IMG/VR virus record: IMGVR_UViG_3300033068_001745
Span: 17,988 to 81,987 of that record
Source: a virus
Lineage: Duplodnaviria; Caudoviricetes
Length of the DNA: 64,000 nt
Direction: 5' to 3' (one strand)
The notes under the pieces were generated by a model. The model saw only the letters and a program-made list of their open reading frames with translations, searched no databases and had not been told where the DNA came from. Below, one piece after another: positions 1 to 9,843 of this stretch. How positions within the stretch are numbered: the stretch's first letter is position 1; every line of letters starts with the position of its first letter. A program made the translations under genes and the position numbers.

Positions 1-1
1 T

Positions 2-124
2 AAGAAAGATAAAAAATTTTATTTAGAAAATGAACATTTTAGATATAAGAAACCTTTGAAAGTAATTGAAAAAGATAAAGAATTTGTAGTTATGTTAAAT
101 AACTTAGAACTAAAAATAAAATGA
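2..124 (+). CDS. 3' end of a hypothetical protein (truncated by window edge)
   Basis: Open frame KKDKKFYLENEHF...LELKIK* whose TGA overlaps the next ATG (ATGA at 121-124). Confidence 0.45.
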   Translation, partial: KKDKKFYLENEHFRYKKPLKVIEKDKEFVVMLNNLELKIK

Positions 125-765
125 GTTTAGTAAATATCATAAATAAAGTATTGAAATCCGATAAATATTATAACATAAGTGAATTAGGCGATAATGGAGT
201 AGAATTTTCAGCACCAGGTTTTTTTATGGGAAAGTTTGTTTTATATGATTGCGAAAAGAATTTTATATTTTTACAAGGCAGTAGAGCTGAATTTAAGGAA
301 GATGTCACAGGTTTAACTTGGGAAGAAATAGCTGAAAAGATTATTTTTAAATTAGATTGGAGAAAGAGACTTGGGGCTATTATTTATCAACCAGAAGACG
401 AAAAGAAAGAACTGTTTTGTGAAAAAGTAAAATATGAAGGTAAAGCTGATAAAACCTTAGAAGAAAAACTTGGTTCAGAAGAATATAAAAAATTTATAGA
501 ACATTGTGAAGAATTTTGTAATAGACCTTTATTACCTTCTGATATTTTTAATTTTGAAGGAAATAACCCTTCATTCAAGAATTTAAAACAAAAGGTCGTT
601 ACATTTACTGAAACTTATGTAAACAGTAAAGGGGATATGTTACAATTTACTTTTGTGGCAGAACCAATGTTAGAAGATAAGTATTATCAAAGGACTGAAT
701 ATAAGCCAAGAAAAGAATTACAAGATGGATTAGGTAATTATTTCACTACAACTACTACACAATGA
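121..765 (+). CDS. Hypothetical phage protein, 214 aa
   Basis: Long ORF coupled by ATGA overlaps at both ends; no recognisable motif. Confidence 0.7.
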   Translation: MSLVNIINKVLKSDKYYNISELGDNGVEFSAPGFFMGKFVLYDCEKNFIFLQGSRAEFKEDVTGLTWEEIAEKIIFKLDWRKRLGAIIYQPEDEKKELFCEKVKYEGKADKTLEEKLGSEEYKKFIEHCEEFCNRPLLPSDIFNFEGNNPSFKNLKQKVVTFTETYVNSKGDMLQFTFVAEPMLEDKYYQRTEYKPRKELQDGLGNYFTTTTTQ

Positions 766-1103
766 ATTTAAAGGAGCAAATAAACCAACTGAATGACATA
801 CAAGATGGTTTTAAGAATCTATTCTTGAGCAAGATAGGATTGTTAGAAGATTCTAAAATTGAGGAGGGATTAAGACGTGCTGCAATATGCAGTAAGTGTC
901 CATTACTGTCTAACGAGACGTGTAATCCCAATATGGAAGGTATTGTTGTAAGGAGTTTTACCTACTATGGTGAAAAGTTTCAAAAGGGAGATGTTAATAA
1001 AGGGTGTGGATGTGCAATGAAATCTAAATGGTTAAGTTCAGCAGCAAAATGTCCTCTAAATGCTTGGAGCAAAGAACAGAGTGTGGATGAAGAACTATCT
1101 TAA
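762..1103 (+). CDS. Small Cys-rich, putative metal-binding protein, 113 aa
   Basis: CSKCP..CNP..GCGC..KCPLNAW cysteine cluster. Confidence 0.6.
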   Translation: MNLKEQINQLNDIQDGFKNLFLSKIGLLEDSKIEEGLRRAAICSKCPLLSNETCNPNMEGIVVRSFTYYGEKFQKGDVNKGCGCAMKSKWLSSAAKCPLNAWSKEQSVDEELS

Positions 1104-1104
1104 T

Positions 1105-1350
1105 ATGTTTTGGAGAAATTGGACTAAATGGTATCATGTAGCTTTTGTAGAAACATTTAATTCAGGTTGCAGTACTTATGAGCTATTTAAAAGAGATATT
1201 GGATTGAGTCAATATAAAAAAGTATTTGTTGGAAAACATGTACATGGATTGGTTAACAAGATGAATCTGCTTGATTCTCAATTGTTTAAGAGAGCTTTCA
1301 TTAGCTCTTTTTTTGTTTACATTTTAAAAATCGTTAATGAAAAGAAATGA
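1105..1350 (+). CDS. Hypothetical protein (ORF track starts at TTG 1060; ATG 1105 just after the previous stop is more likely)
   Basis: ORF fills the gap between coupled genes. Confidence 0.5.
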   Translation: MFWRNWTKWYHVAFVETFNSGCSTYELFKRDIGLSQYKKVFVGKHVHGLVNKMNLLDSQLFKRAFISSFFVYILKIVNEKK

Positions 1351-1366
1351 ATTACACTACTAAATA

Positions 1367-2191
1367 ATGGAAGTAAGACAAGAAGAATATTACATTTATA
1401 TTACTACTAATTTAATCAATAAAAAATTTTATGTAGGGCAACATATTGTTGATAATTCAACGAAAGATACTTATTTGGGAAGTGGAAGATTATTTACTAA
1501 ATCTTTAAATAAATATGGAAGAGAAAATTTCAATAAAGAAATTTTGTATTATGCTTATAGTAAAGAAGAAGCTAACGAAATGGAAATTTGGTACATAAAT
1601 AAATTAGATGCTAAAAATAAAAATATTGCTTATAATTTAGCCGAAGGAGGAGGTAAAGTAGGAGATTGTTTAGGTAAAGAAATAATGTGTATTGAAACAG
1701 GAGTTATTTATAAATCAATAAGATTTGCAGGAAGAGAGTTAGGAATTTCTGGAACAAATATTGTATCGCATCTTAAAGGTAAAACTCTATCTGTTAAAGG
1801 ATTACATTTTAAATATGTCAATGAAGAATCTCCTAATAGAATCCCTATTTATAGAAAAGAAAAGATATATTGTTTAGAAACAAATAAAGTTTATGACAAT
1901 GTAAAGCATATTTGTGAGGAGTTAAAATTAAATGAATCATGTGTAAGTATGACATGTAATAGAAAGATTTCAACAACAGGTGGTTATCATTTAAGATATG
2001 AAAATGATTCTAATGAATCTATAAAGACTGACACATTAAGAAAATCAGTTACTTGTATAACTGATGGTAAAACTTTTAAATCAGTTAAAGAAGCTACTCT
2101 ATATTATAAATTAGGAAAAGATACAATAAAAAGAAGTTTAAATGGTAAAAAATTACCAAAAATAGGCTTAGAATTTAAACTAACAAACTAA
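1367..2191 (+). CDS. Free-standing GIY-YIG homing endonuclease with three NUMOD1-like repeats
   Basis: YYIYITTNLINKKFYVGQH, YLGSG, E..EI..I and YNL motifs; repeats KEIMCIETGVIYKSI / EKIYCLETNKVYDNV / KSVTCITDGKTFKSV. Confidence 0.9.
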   Translation: MEVRQEEYYIYITTNLINKKFYVGQHIVDNSTKDTYLGSGRLFTKSLNKYGRENFNKEILYYAYSKEEANEMEIWYINKLDAKNKNIAYNLAEGGGKVGDCLGKEIMCIETGVIYKSIRFAGRELGISGTNIVSHLKGKTLSVKGLHFKYVNEESPNRIPIYRKEKIYCLETNKVYDNVKHICEELKLNESCVSMTCNRKISTTGGYHLRYENDSNESIKTDTLRKSVTCITDGKTFKSVKEATLYYKLGKDTIKRSLNGKKLPKIGLEFKLTN

Positions 2192-2824
2192 ATGGATAGT
2201 AATCAATTTGTAGATATAAAAGCTTGTGAAGTCTTTGAAAGCAATCCATTCATTAATAACAATCACTTGAAGTATATTGAACCTTATTCTCAATTGTACG
2301 AAAGAGATAAGTCGAAAGATAAAAAAAGAGCAAGTAATGAATTTTATGCTATATGGGTTTTAAACTCTCCTGATGAACAGGAGAACAAGTATCTTCGACT
2401 TTCAAAAGATAAAATAAAAAAATTGGTAGAAGAAAGATTTAAAATAGATTGGGAAGATAAACTTTTTAAACAATGTTTAGAAGATTATCCATCTAAAATA
2501 ATGACAATCCCCGAAAGAGCTTTATCAGCTATTCAGCAAAAAGTTCTTGAAAGAGAACATATTTTAAGAACAGAAAAATATCCTGATGATATTTATAAGA
2601 AAGATGAACAGGGTAAATATATTAAAGCAGGAAATACTTTTATGAAAGTTACTTACACCCATGATGTTTTAGATGGGATGCTTAAAACATCATCTCTTAT
2701 AATGAAGGACTATAAAGAGTGTGCTAAAATGTTTGCAATAGAAAAAGATAATATATCAATCAGAGGACAAAGAAGAGCTACTGATTTTGAAGACGGTTCA
2801 CTATTTTCTGATTATGACTTCTGA
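2192..2824 (+). CDS. Putative terminase small subunit
   Basis: Helical 210-aa ORF directly upstream of and overlapping terL; assignment by position only. Confidence 0.4.
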   Translation: MDSNQFVDIKACEVFESNPFINNNHLKYIEPYSQLYERDKSKDKKRASNEFYAIWVLNSPDEQENKYLRLSKDKIKKLVEERFKIDWEDKLFKQCLEDYPSKIMTIPERALSAIQQKVLEREHILRTEKYPDDIYKKDEQGKYIKAGNTFMKVTYTHDVLDGMLKTSSLIMKDYKECAKMFAIEKDNISIRGQRRATDFEDGSLFSDYDF

Positions 2825-5800
2825 AGAAATATATGAAAATTTACGATTTATAGAAGACATACCCTTATTACAAATAACAGATAGAAGTGCCTTTTTAGTA
2901 AAACACCCTCATTATCACCCTTCTACCAAGCAATATAAACAATTTAAAATAAAGGAATATGAACATTGCATTTATGGAAAGTGGGGGAAACAAAAGGATA
3001 AGTGGAGATGGATTCCTCCTATGACATATCTCTATTGCAATTATATAAAAATTGAAATGGAGAATGATAAAAAGGAAACTGTAATAAGATTAGCCTCCTT
3101 AGATGATGTAGAATGGATTATAGGATATGCTTTTGCAGCTTGCTATGGTTTTTCAGGTTTTGAAAAAGAAGAAGAATTTTCTTGTGATAAAGCTCTCATA
3201 GACCAATATGAAATGATTTTAGCTAAAAGACATAAAGAAAGATATGATAGTTTACTAAAACCAAATGGAGAGTTCAAAACATATATTACTGTTGAAGATT
3301 ATTTATATAAAGAGCATGACCAAGATAAAGGTAAACCTCTTTGGTATAATGAAGCAGAGGACTTAATGATTTTTGGTTCAAGAAGCTCAGGTAAAATGCT
3401 ACAACTTGATGAAATAGTCCGTACATATAAAGGATGGACAGCTATGAAAGACTTAAAGATTGGTGATTTAGTATATGGTTCTGATGGCAAATTATCACCT
3501 ATAACATTTGTATCAGAAGAGCAAACTGGAGAATATTATGAATTAACTTTAAGAGATGGTAGAAAAATAGAGGCTTGTGCTGACCATTTATGGAAAGTTT
3601 GGGATAAGAATAAGAATAAAGACCCTAAAAAAGAAAACTATTCTGTTATTTCTACGAAAAACTTATTTAAAGATTATTGTTGGGACAGGAAGGACTCACG
3701 TAAAAAAGGTGAAATGACTAAGGAATACAGATATGCTTTACCTACAAATGAAGCTATTAGTGAAGAATCAGAGTTACCGCTTGACCCATACTTATTAGGA
3801 TTATTATTAGGAGATGGTTGTATAACAGGAGGTACTGCTCCAAGTATTGTTTCTGATGACAATGAAATTATTGAATATTGCATAAAGCAATGCGAATTAA
3901 ATAATTGGAGTTATAGAATAAATAATGATAAGAACCCTACTATATTCTTTACGAATAAAAACAAAGAGGTTTCCTTATCTCATATACTTGAAGAACTGAA
4001 TTTATTAGGTACTAAATCCAATAGTAAATTTATTCCAGAGCAATATTTGTATTCTTCTGAAAAGAATAAAATGCAATTACTTAGAGGTTTAATGGACACA
4101 GATGGTACAGTTGATAAAAGTCATATAGAATACTACACCGTATCTAAACAATTATGCGAAGATATTATGAATTTATGTAGAAGTTTGGGTATAAACTGTA
4201 ATTCAAGGATTAAAAAAACTCATTATAAAAAAAATGGAGTTAAAATAGAATGTCAAGATTGTTATAGAATTTCTATTTTTACAGACAAACACATCTTTAA
4301 CTTGAAAAGAAAACAGGATAAAATAATTAAGGGTAGTAACAGGAGTTATTCAAGAATAAATAAAACTTTTATAATAGATATAAAACCTGTTGGTAAAAGA
4401 GTAGGGAAGTGTATATCAGTGGATAATTATGATAATACATACATCACCAGAGACTATATAGTTACGCATAATACATTTAGTATTATTGGTTTATGTTGCT
4501 ACTTGCTTCTTATGGATGGTACAAAATCTATAAGCAAAGATTGGATAAATTTAGATATATCAGCTAATATAATTGCAGGAGCAGCAGGAGATTTACCTTT
4601 ACAAGAAATTAACAGACGTATAGAAGTTGCATTAAACTGCCTTCTTACAGATGAAGATTTAGGTGTATATAAAGCTCCTGGTATAGAACCAATTCCTCTT
4701 ATAGGAAGACACTTCTTAGGTCAGACAAATAATTATCTTAGATATAGATATATAGTTGGAGGGAGGGAATCAGGTGGTACAGGAAGTTCATATAGACCAG
4801 TTTCTTATGCAGCAAATAAAAAAGGGGCTACAACAAGTGCTGCTTCAACAAGGGTAGCTTTAAGTGTGGTAGATGAATGTGGTAGAATGCCAGTATCTAT
4901 TAAGTCAATACACGGTTCAAACTCAGCTCTTTGTAGAAGAAATACAAAATTTGGTGTACAACTCATGGCTGGTACAAGCTCAAGTGATTTAGATTTAGTT
5001 CAAGAGGCAAAAGAAATGTTTACAAACCCCAAAAGTTTTAACATGCACTCTTTTAGAAACCCTTACACTAAAGAAGCTGTTTCTGAAACAGGTCTTTATT
5101 TACCTGCCATATTAGTACAAAGGGCTTTCAAAGATGAAAATGGAAATACTCTAGTTAGGGATGTATTAAAATATTTTGCAAACAGAAGAGCTAAATGTGA
5201 GACTCCTGATGCTTTAAGAGAAGAACAACTTAACTATCCTATTCTTGTAGAAGAAATGTGGTATTCAAGAAAAGGTTCTATCTTTAATAAAGAGCAAGCT
5301 AAAAAAAGATACCAACAACTGTTACTTCTAAAGAATCAAGGTAAAGAAGAAACCTTTAGAAGATTTGCTAACTTGTTGTGGAATAATGGAAAAGTGGAAG
5401 TGCAGTTTATAAATCCTAAAGAGGCTATTAAAATGGATAATTTCCATGAGTCTCAAGGTAGTAATGCTGCTAAAAATAAAAAGGGTGACACTGACACTGA
5501 TATTATTATTTATGAAGAACCTGAATATGGTAAAGATGATATGTATTGGTTTTCTTGTGATACTTATGTAGCAGAAGAAAAAACAGAAGGAGAATCATTA
5601 GGGAGTATATTTGTTTTTAAAAACCCTAAGTATATTATTGAAGGGAAAACAGGAAATATAGTAGTGGCAGAATATACAGGAAAACCTGACAATAGAGATA
5701 GGTTTTATGAAAAGTTAGAGTTATTGATGGCTTATTATGGAAACCCTAAGAGGTCATTAATGTTTGAAGCAAACAGGGGTTATGATAAGTTAGTAGAGTT

Positions 5801-6236
5801 TTTCACTAAAAAGAAAAAAGAATGGTTACTTGCATTTGCTCCAACCAACTATGATGGAAAAGCAAAAGTTACATTTTCGTTAAAGTATGGATATATTATA
5901 GGACAAAATAAACCTGAGCTTCTAACACAATTTTCTGAATGGTTACAAGAACTAACAACTTTACACTTAGATGGAGAGAAATTAAATGTTGAAAGGATAA
6001 ATTCTCTTGGTTTATTAAGTGAGATAATTCATTATGATTTTGAAGATGATAAAAGTAAGAAATCAAATTATGACAGGATAATGAGTATGTTAGGTTGTAT
6101 GATTGCAAAAAGAAATGTTTACAATCAATATGAAGAAAAAATTCTAAAAGAAGATGACAATATTTATTCAGCTTTTAAAAATCGTAAAATGAAAACTCGG
6201 TATAAAACTAAAAGTAAAACATGGATTACTTCTTAG
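2814..6236 (+). CDS. terL: Terminase large subunit (intein-containing precursor; ORF track start is TTG 2787)
   Basis: Walker A GSRSSGK|T restored after intein removal, Walker B VVDECG, nuclease motifs FSCDTY, FEANRG, NYDRIMS; lies before portal. Confidence 0.92.
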   Translation: MTSEEIYENLRFIEDIPLLQITDRSAFLVKHPHYHPSTKQYKQFKIKEYEHCIYGKWGKQKDKWRWIPPMTYLYCNYIKIEMENDKKETVIRLASLDDVEWIIGYAFAACYGFSGFEKEEEFSCDKALIDQYEMILAKRHKERYDSLLKPNGEFKTYITVEDYLYKEHDQDKGKPLWYNEAEDLMIFGSRSSGKMLQLDEIVRTYKGWTAMKDLKIGDLVYGSDGKLSPITFVSEEQTGEYYELTLRDGRKIEACADHLWKVWDKNKNKDPKKENYSVISTKNLFKDYCWDRKDSRKKGEMTKEYRYALPTNEAISEESELPLDPYLLGLLLGDGCITGGTAPSIVSDDNEIIEYCIKQCELNNWSYRINNDKNPTIFFTNKNKEVSLSHILEELNLLGTKSNSKFIPEQYLYSSEKNKMQLLRGLMDTDGTVDKSHIEYYTVSKQLCEDIMNLCRSLGINCNSRIKKTHYKKNGVKIECQDCYRISIFTDKHIFNLKRKQDKIIKGSNRSYSRINKTFIIDIKPVGKRVGKCISVDNYDNTYITRDYIVTHNTFSIIGLCCYLLLMDGTKSISKDWINLDISANIIAGAAGDLPLQEINRRIEVALNCLLTDEDLGVYKAPGIEPIPLIGRHFLGQTNNYLRYRYIVGGRESGGTGSSYRPVSYAANKKGATTSAASTRVALSVVDECGRMPVSIKSIHGSNSALCRRNTKFGVQLMAGTSSSDLDLVQEAKEMFTNPKSFNMHSFRNPYTKEAVSETGLYLPAILVQRAFKDENGNTLVRDVLKYFANRRAKCETPDALREEQLNYPILVEEMWYSRKGSIFNKEQAKKRYQQLLLLKNQGKEETFRRFANLLWNNGKVEVQFINPKEAIKMDNFHESQGSNAAKNKKGDTDTDIIIYEEPEYGKDDMYWFSCDTYVAEEKTEGESLGSIFVFKNPKYIIEGKTGNIVVAEYTGKPDNRDRFYEKLELLMAYYGNPKRSLMFEANRGYDKLVEFFTKKKKEWLLAFAPTNYDGKAKVTFSLKYGYIIGQNKPELLTQFSEWLQELTTLHLDGEKLNVERINSLGLLSEIIHYDFEDDKSKKSNYDRIMSMLGCMIAKRNVYNQYEEKILKEDDNIYSAFKNRKMKTRYKTKSKTWITS
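3396..4472 (+). mobile_element. Class-3 intein (359 aa) with LAGLIDADG endonuclease, inserted in terminase Walker A
   Basis: Begins MLQLDEIVRTYKGWTAMKDLKIGD, block B CADHLW, LLGLLLGDG and LRGLMDTDG motifs, block F GKCISVD, ends VTHN followed by Thr+1. Confidence 0.92.
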
Positions 6237-8848
6237 GAGTACCTGAACTCAGGTTAGCAGAAGAAGAAAAATATGCTGATGATTGTAGGTGGTTTAAAAA
6301 AAATATGGAGTATCACTTGCCGAGTGGTGGAATGACAAACTACTTAACAGCAGCACAGGAAAAAATGGTAAATAATTACCGTTATTTAAATAATGAATTT
6401 GACTTTGGTGACTGGGAGGAAGTTTGTAATGAACTTGGTATTGATGAAACTAATTTTGATACCACTCTATTCAAAGTAAACATTATTCCTGTAATTGTAA
6501 ATTATTTGAAAACAGTTGAATTACGGAGAAATGATACTTACACTCCAATATTACTCACCCAACAAGCAATGGTTGAAAAGGATGAGCAGCTTAAAAATAA
6601 TATTGCTGAATATGTTGAAGGACAACTTTCTGCTGTATTACAAGCTAATCAACAATATCAACAACTATTAATGCAAGCAGCAGATGAAAATGGTCAGGTA
6701 ACTCCAGAACAACAAGCTGAAATTGAGAAACAGGTACAAGCTATTGAACAAGAATTAAGAGCACAATATCCAGTGCCTGTTATTGAAGGGTTTATGAGTG
6801 AAATAGAAATATTAGCTAATAAAATCATACAATACGCAACTTTCAATAATTCAGTAAAATACAAGAAAGTGAAGAATGATTGTTTTGAAGATGTCATTAT
6901 AAATGATGGTGAAATTGTTCGCATTGTAAACACTTATGATGGAGTGGAGTTTGAAAGGGTAAACCTACCTTATTTTTTATGTCATAAATCTCCTGATACA
7001 GAGTATGTGCAAAACAGTATGTGGGTGGCATATACAAAAATGTTTACCTTGTTTCAATTAAAATTAGAGTTTCCTGAATTGGAAGATGATGATTATGCAA
7101 AGTATGGATTGTACACACAAAACATACAAAGCCCTACAATGGATATTAGGACTCACCACCACGATAAATACCCTGAATGGGATACACAGGCACTCATAAC
7201 TAAAGGATTGCCCTACTACGATGAAAAGCAGGGATATGGGTATGGTGAACTTCCTTACATCCATAGGGAGAGGCTTGTGCCAGTAACACACTTTGAATTT
7301 ATTGCTTTTAAGAAAATTGGCTTTCTAAAAACCTATGATGATTTTGGAAAAGAGTTAATGGATTTTGTAGATGAAACATTTATCATTCCTAAAGAAGCTG
7401 TAAAGCAAAAAAGACAAAATCAGTGGGGATTTGAAAGTGAAATTTGGATTTGGGAAAATGCTTCAGTTGAGTTTTTGTGGCTACCAAGAAAATACGAAAT
7501 GTATAGAATTGGTTTAAACTTTTACACAAGAATAAGAGAAGTTCCTTTGCAAGTAATAAACATTGACAATCCTTTTAAATATGAGCTTTCCTATTATGGA
7601 AAATTCCTATCCAATTATAATGCTGAAAGAATCTCTGTGTTTGAAAGGTTAAAACCATACAATGTATTTTTTGTAATTATCTTCAACAAACTTGCTCAAT
7701 TAGCTGAACGTTGGGATGGGTATTTAATTCCACTTGACCCTTCTGCAATTCCAACAGAACTTGGAAATACAGCACAAGAAAGAATGGAAGTATTTTTTAG
7801 AAATAGGAAAGATGGATATTTAATACAAAATAGTTTTGTAGAAGATAAACCTGGGCTTACAAGACCTGCACCTGCTGTTATTCCTGTTGAAATAGGGCAA
7901 ACTTTTCAAGTGCTTATAAATATGCTTAATTGGATTAAAACTGAAATGGGACTAATTGTAGGGGTATCTCCACAAGCTCTTTCCCAAATGATAAGTCAAA
8001 ATGTAGGAGATAATCAAGCTGCCTTACAACAAACTTCTTATATGATAGACCCAACTTTCCAACAGCATAATTGGATATGGCAAGAAGTGATGACAGGGTA
8101 CATCAATACGTTCTTTGAATGGGCTAAAGCTAAATTAGAATCTGGCGGTGAACATAGGCTCACTTATATTTTTGGTGAAAATCAAAGAGAAATGATAAGA
8201 CTTAAACCTGAAAACTTAGAGTTTGCTTATTTAGGTTGTGTAATTAACAATAGTAATCCAAAAGAATGGTTTGACATTATGTTAAGAGAGTCTCAAGCTA
8301 TGATTCAAAATCAAATGCTTACAACGGCAGATTTTGGTAGAATGTTACTTGGTATTCAAAGTGGAGAATCTCCTTATGAAATACAAAAATATTTTATCAA
8401 AGCTCAGAAGGAAAGAGAAGCAAGAGATGCTCAAATACAAGAACAACAAATGAAAGTTGAAGAAATGAAACAAGCAAGTCAAAAAGAAATGATTCAGATT
8501 CAGAAAGATTTAATTAATCTTCAAGAACAATGGAAACAACAACACATTGCAGCAAAAGGAGATATAGACAAAGAAATTGCAGCTATCAAAGTTTATCAAA
8601 ACCAAATGACACTTGATGCTAATGCAGATGGAGTTCCTGACCCTTTAGCAGCAGCGGAATTACAAAGGAAAATACGTGAAGGGGAGACTAAGCTAAACAT
8701 TGAAAAACAGAAAGCTATTACAGAAGCAAGGTCTCAAAGTTTTGAAGAAGTGAAGGAAAGAAATAAACAAATTGAGAATGAGAAAGATAGAAAATTGGAT
8801 TTACAAAAAGAACGTATAAAGGCTAATAACAAAACTAACAAAAAATAA
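6221..8848 (+). CDS. Portal protein (crAss-like), 875 aa
   Basis: Follows terL; size, C-terminal Q/E/K coiled coil and DANADGVPD motif typical of crAss-like portals. Confidence 0.8.
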   Translation: MDYFLGVPELRLAEEEKYADDCRWFKKNMEYHLPSGGMTNYLTAAQEKMVNNYRYLNNEFDFGDWEEVCNELGIDETNFDTTLFKVNIIPVIVNYLKTVELRRNDTYTPILLTQQAMVEKDEQLKNNIAEYVEGQLSAVLQANQQYQQLLMQAADENGQVTPEQQAEIEKQVQAIEQELRAQYPVPVIEGFMSEIEILANKIIQYATFNNSVKYKKVKNDCFEDVIINDGEIVRIVNTYDGVEFERVNLPYFLCHKSPDTEYVQNSMWVAYTKMFTLFQLKLEFPELEDDDYAKYGLYTQNIQSPTMDIRTHHHDKYPEWDTQALITKGLPYYDEKQGYGYGELPYIHRERLVPVTHFEFIAFKKIGFLKTYDDFGKELMDFVDETFIIPKEAVKQKRQNQWGFESEIWIWENASVEFLWLPRKYEMYRIGLNFYTRIREVPLQVINIDNPFKYELSYYGKFLSNYNAERISVFERLKPYNVFFVIIFNKLAQLAERWDGYLIPLDPSAIPTELGNTAQERMEVFFRNRKDGYLIQNSFVEDKPGLTRPAPAVIPVEIGQTFQVLINMLNWIKTEMGLIVGVSPQALSQMISQNVGDNQAALQQTSYMIDPTFQQHNWIWQEVMTGYINTFFEWAKAKLESGGEHRLTYIFGENQREMIRLKPENLEFAYLGCVINNSNPKEWFDIMLRESQAMIQNQMLTTADFGRMLLGIQSGESPYEIQKYFIKAQKEREARDAQIQEQQMKVEEMKQASQKEMIQIQKDLINLQEQWKQQHIAAKGDIDKEIAAIKVYQNQMTLDANADGVPDPLAAAELQRKIREGETKLNIEKQKAITEARSQSFEEVKERNKQIENEKDRKLDLQKERIKANNKTNKK

Positions 8849-9828
8849 TGGGTGCAAATATGCTCGATAATGAGATAATTTATGATGACAATGATTTCAA
8901 TGACGAACCTTACATTGCTGAGGAAGAAATTGAGAATTCAGAAGAGTATGAAAATTTAGAAGAATATGTTGAAGAAGATAAGTCAAAGTGGTTATCTTAT
9001 GCTCAAAAGTTTGATTACAATGAAGAGTTTCTTGCAGATGTAGAATCTGAAGATGAACTTTTTGAAAAAATCAAGTTCTTCAACAATGAAAGGAGATTAG
9101 AGGAAGCTATTCAGGATGAAGAAATTCTTGAAGCTGTCAGATTGAAACAAGAAGGTAAGATTGCAAGTATGAAGGATTATGCAGGTTATGTTTACACTGA
9201 ACCTGCTGAAATTACAGAAATTACTTCAGATGAAGCAGCTAAAGAATATTTGAAAACTCAAATGAAAGCTCAAGGTTTGAAAGATAAACACATTGAAACT
9301 ATGCTTAATGCAATGGAAGTAAATGATGAACTTCAATCTGAAGCTAATGAAAGACTTAAAGTTGAAATAGAAAATAAGCAATCTACACTTGAAAAGAGAA
9401 AACAAGAATATCTTCAGGAACAAGAAAAAAAGAAATTAGCTTTTAGGACAGAATTTGATAATAAAATTACAAGAATGAAGCAAACTATTTTAGATGAAAC
9501 TTGGAATCCTGAACTTAAATCTTATGTAAATCAAGAAGTAATTAACACAATGTATGAAATTCATACTGGAGCACAAAGTTCTGACATATTGAAAAGACTT
9601 GGCGAGGCTCTTGTTGATGACAGGAAAGCACCAAAAATCATTGCTTATTTACATATGATGTTGGGAAAAGATGATGTTACTATTGAACCTTTTCTTAAAC
9701 AACAAAAGTCAACAATAGTCAAAGAGGTTAATAAAAATTGGAAACAACAAATACAAAGTAAAAAAATCACAAGTGGTGGAGGAGGCAATGGTAAAAATGC
9801 TGATGACATTGATTGGGATAACTTATAA
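8848..9828 (+). CDS. Putative scaffolding/head assembly protein
   Basis: Very acidic N-terminus, coiled coil, located between portal and capsid; ends DDIDWDNL. Confidence 0.55.
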   Translation: MGANMLDNEIIYDDNDFNDEPYIAEEEIENSEEYENLEEYVEEDKSKWLSYAQKFDYNEEFLADVESEDELFEKIKFFNNERRLEEAIQDEEILEAVRLKQEGKIASMKDYAGYVYTEPAEITEITSDEAAKEYLKTQMKAQGLKDKHIETMLNAMEVNDELQSEANERLKVEIENKQSTLEKRKQEYLQEQEKKKLAFRTEFDNKITRMKQTILDETWNPELKSYVNQEVINTMYEIHTGAQSSDILKRLGEALVDDRKAPKIIAYLHMMLGKDDVTIEPFLKQQKSTIVKEVNKNWKQQIQSKKITSGGGGNGKNADDIDWDNL

Positions 9829-9843
9829 AACTAAATAAATTAG

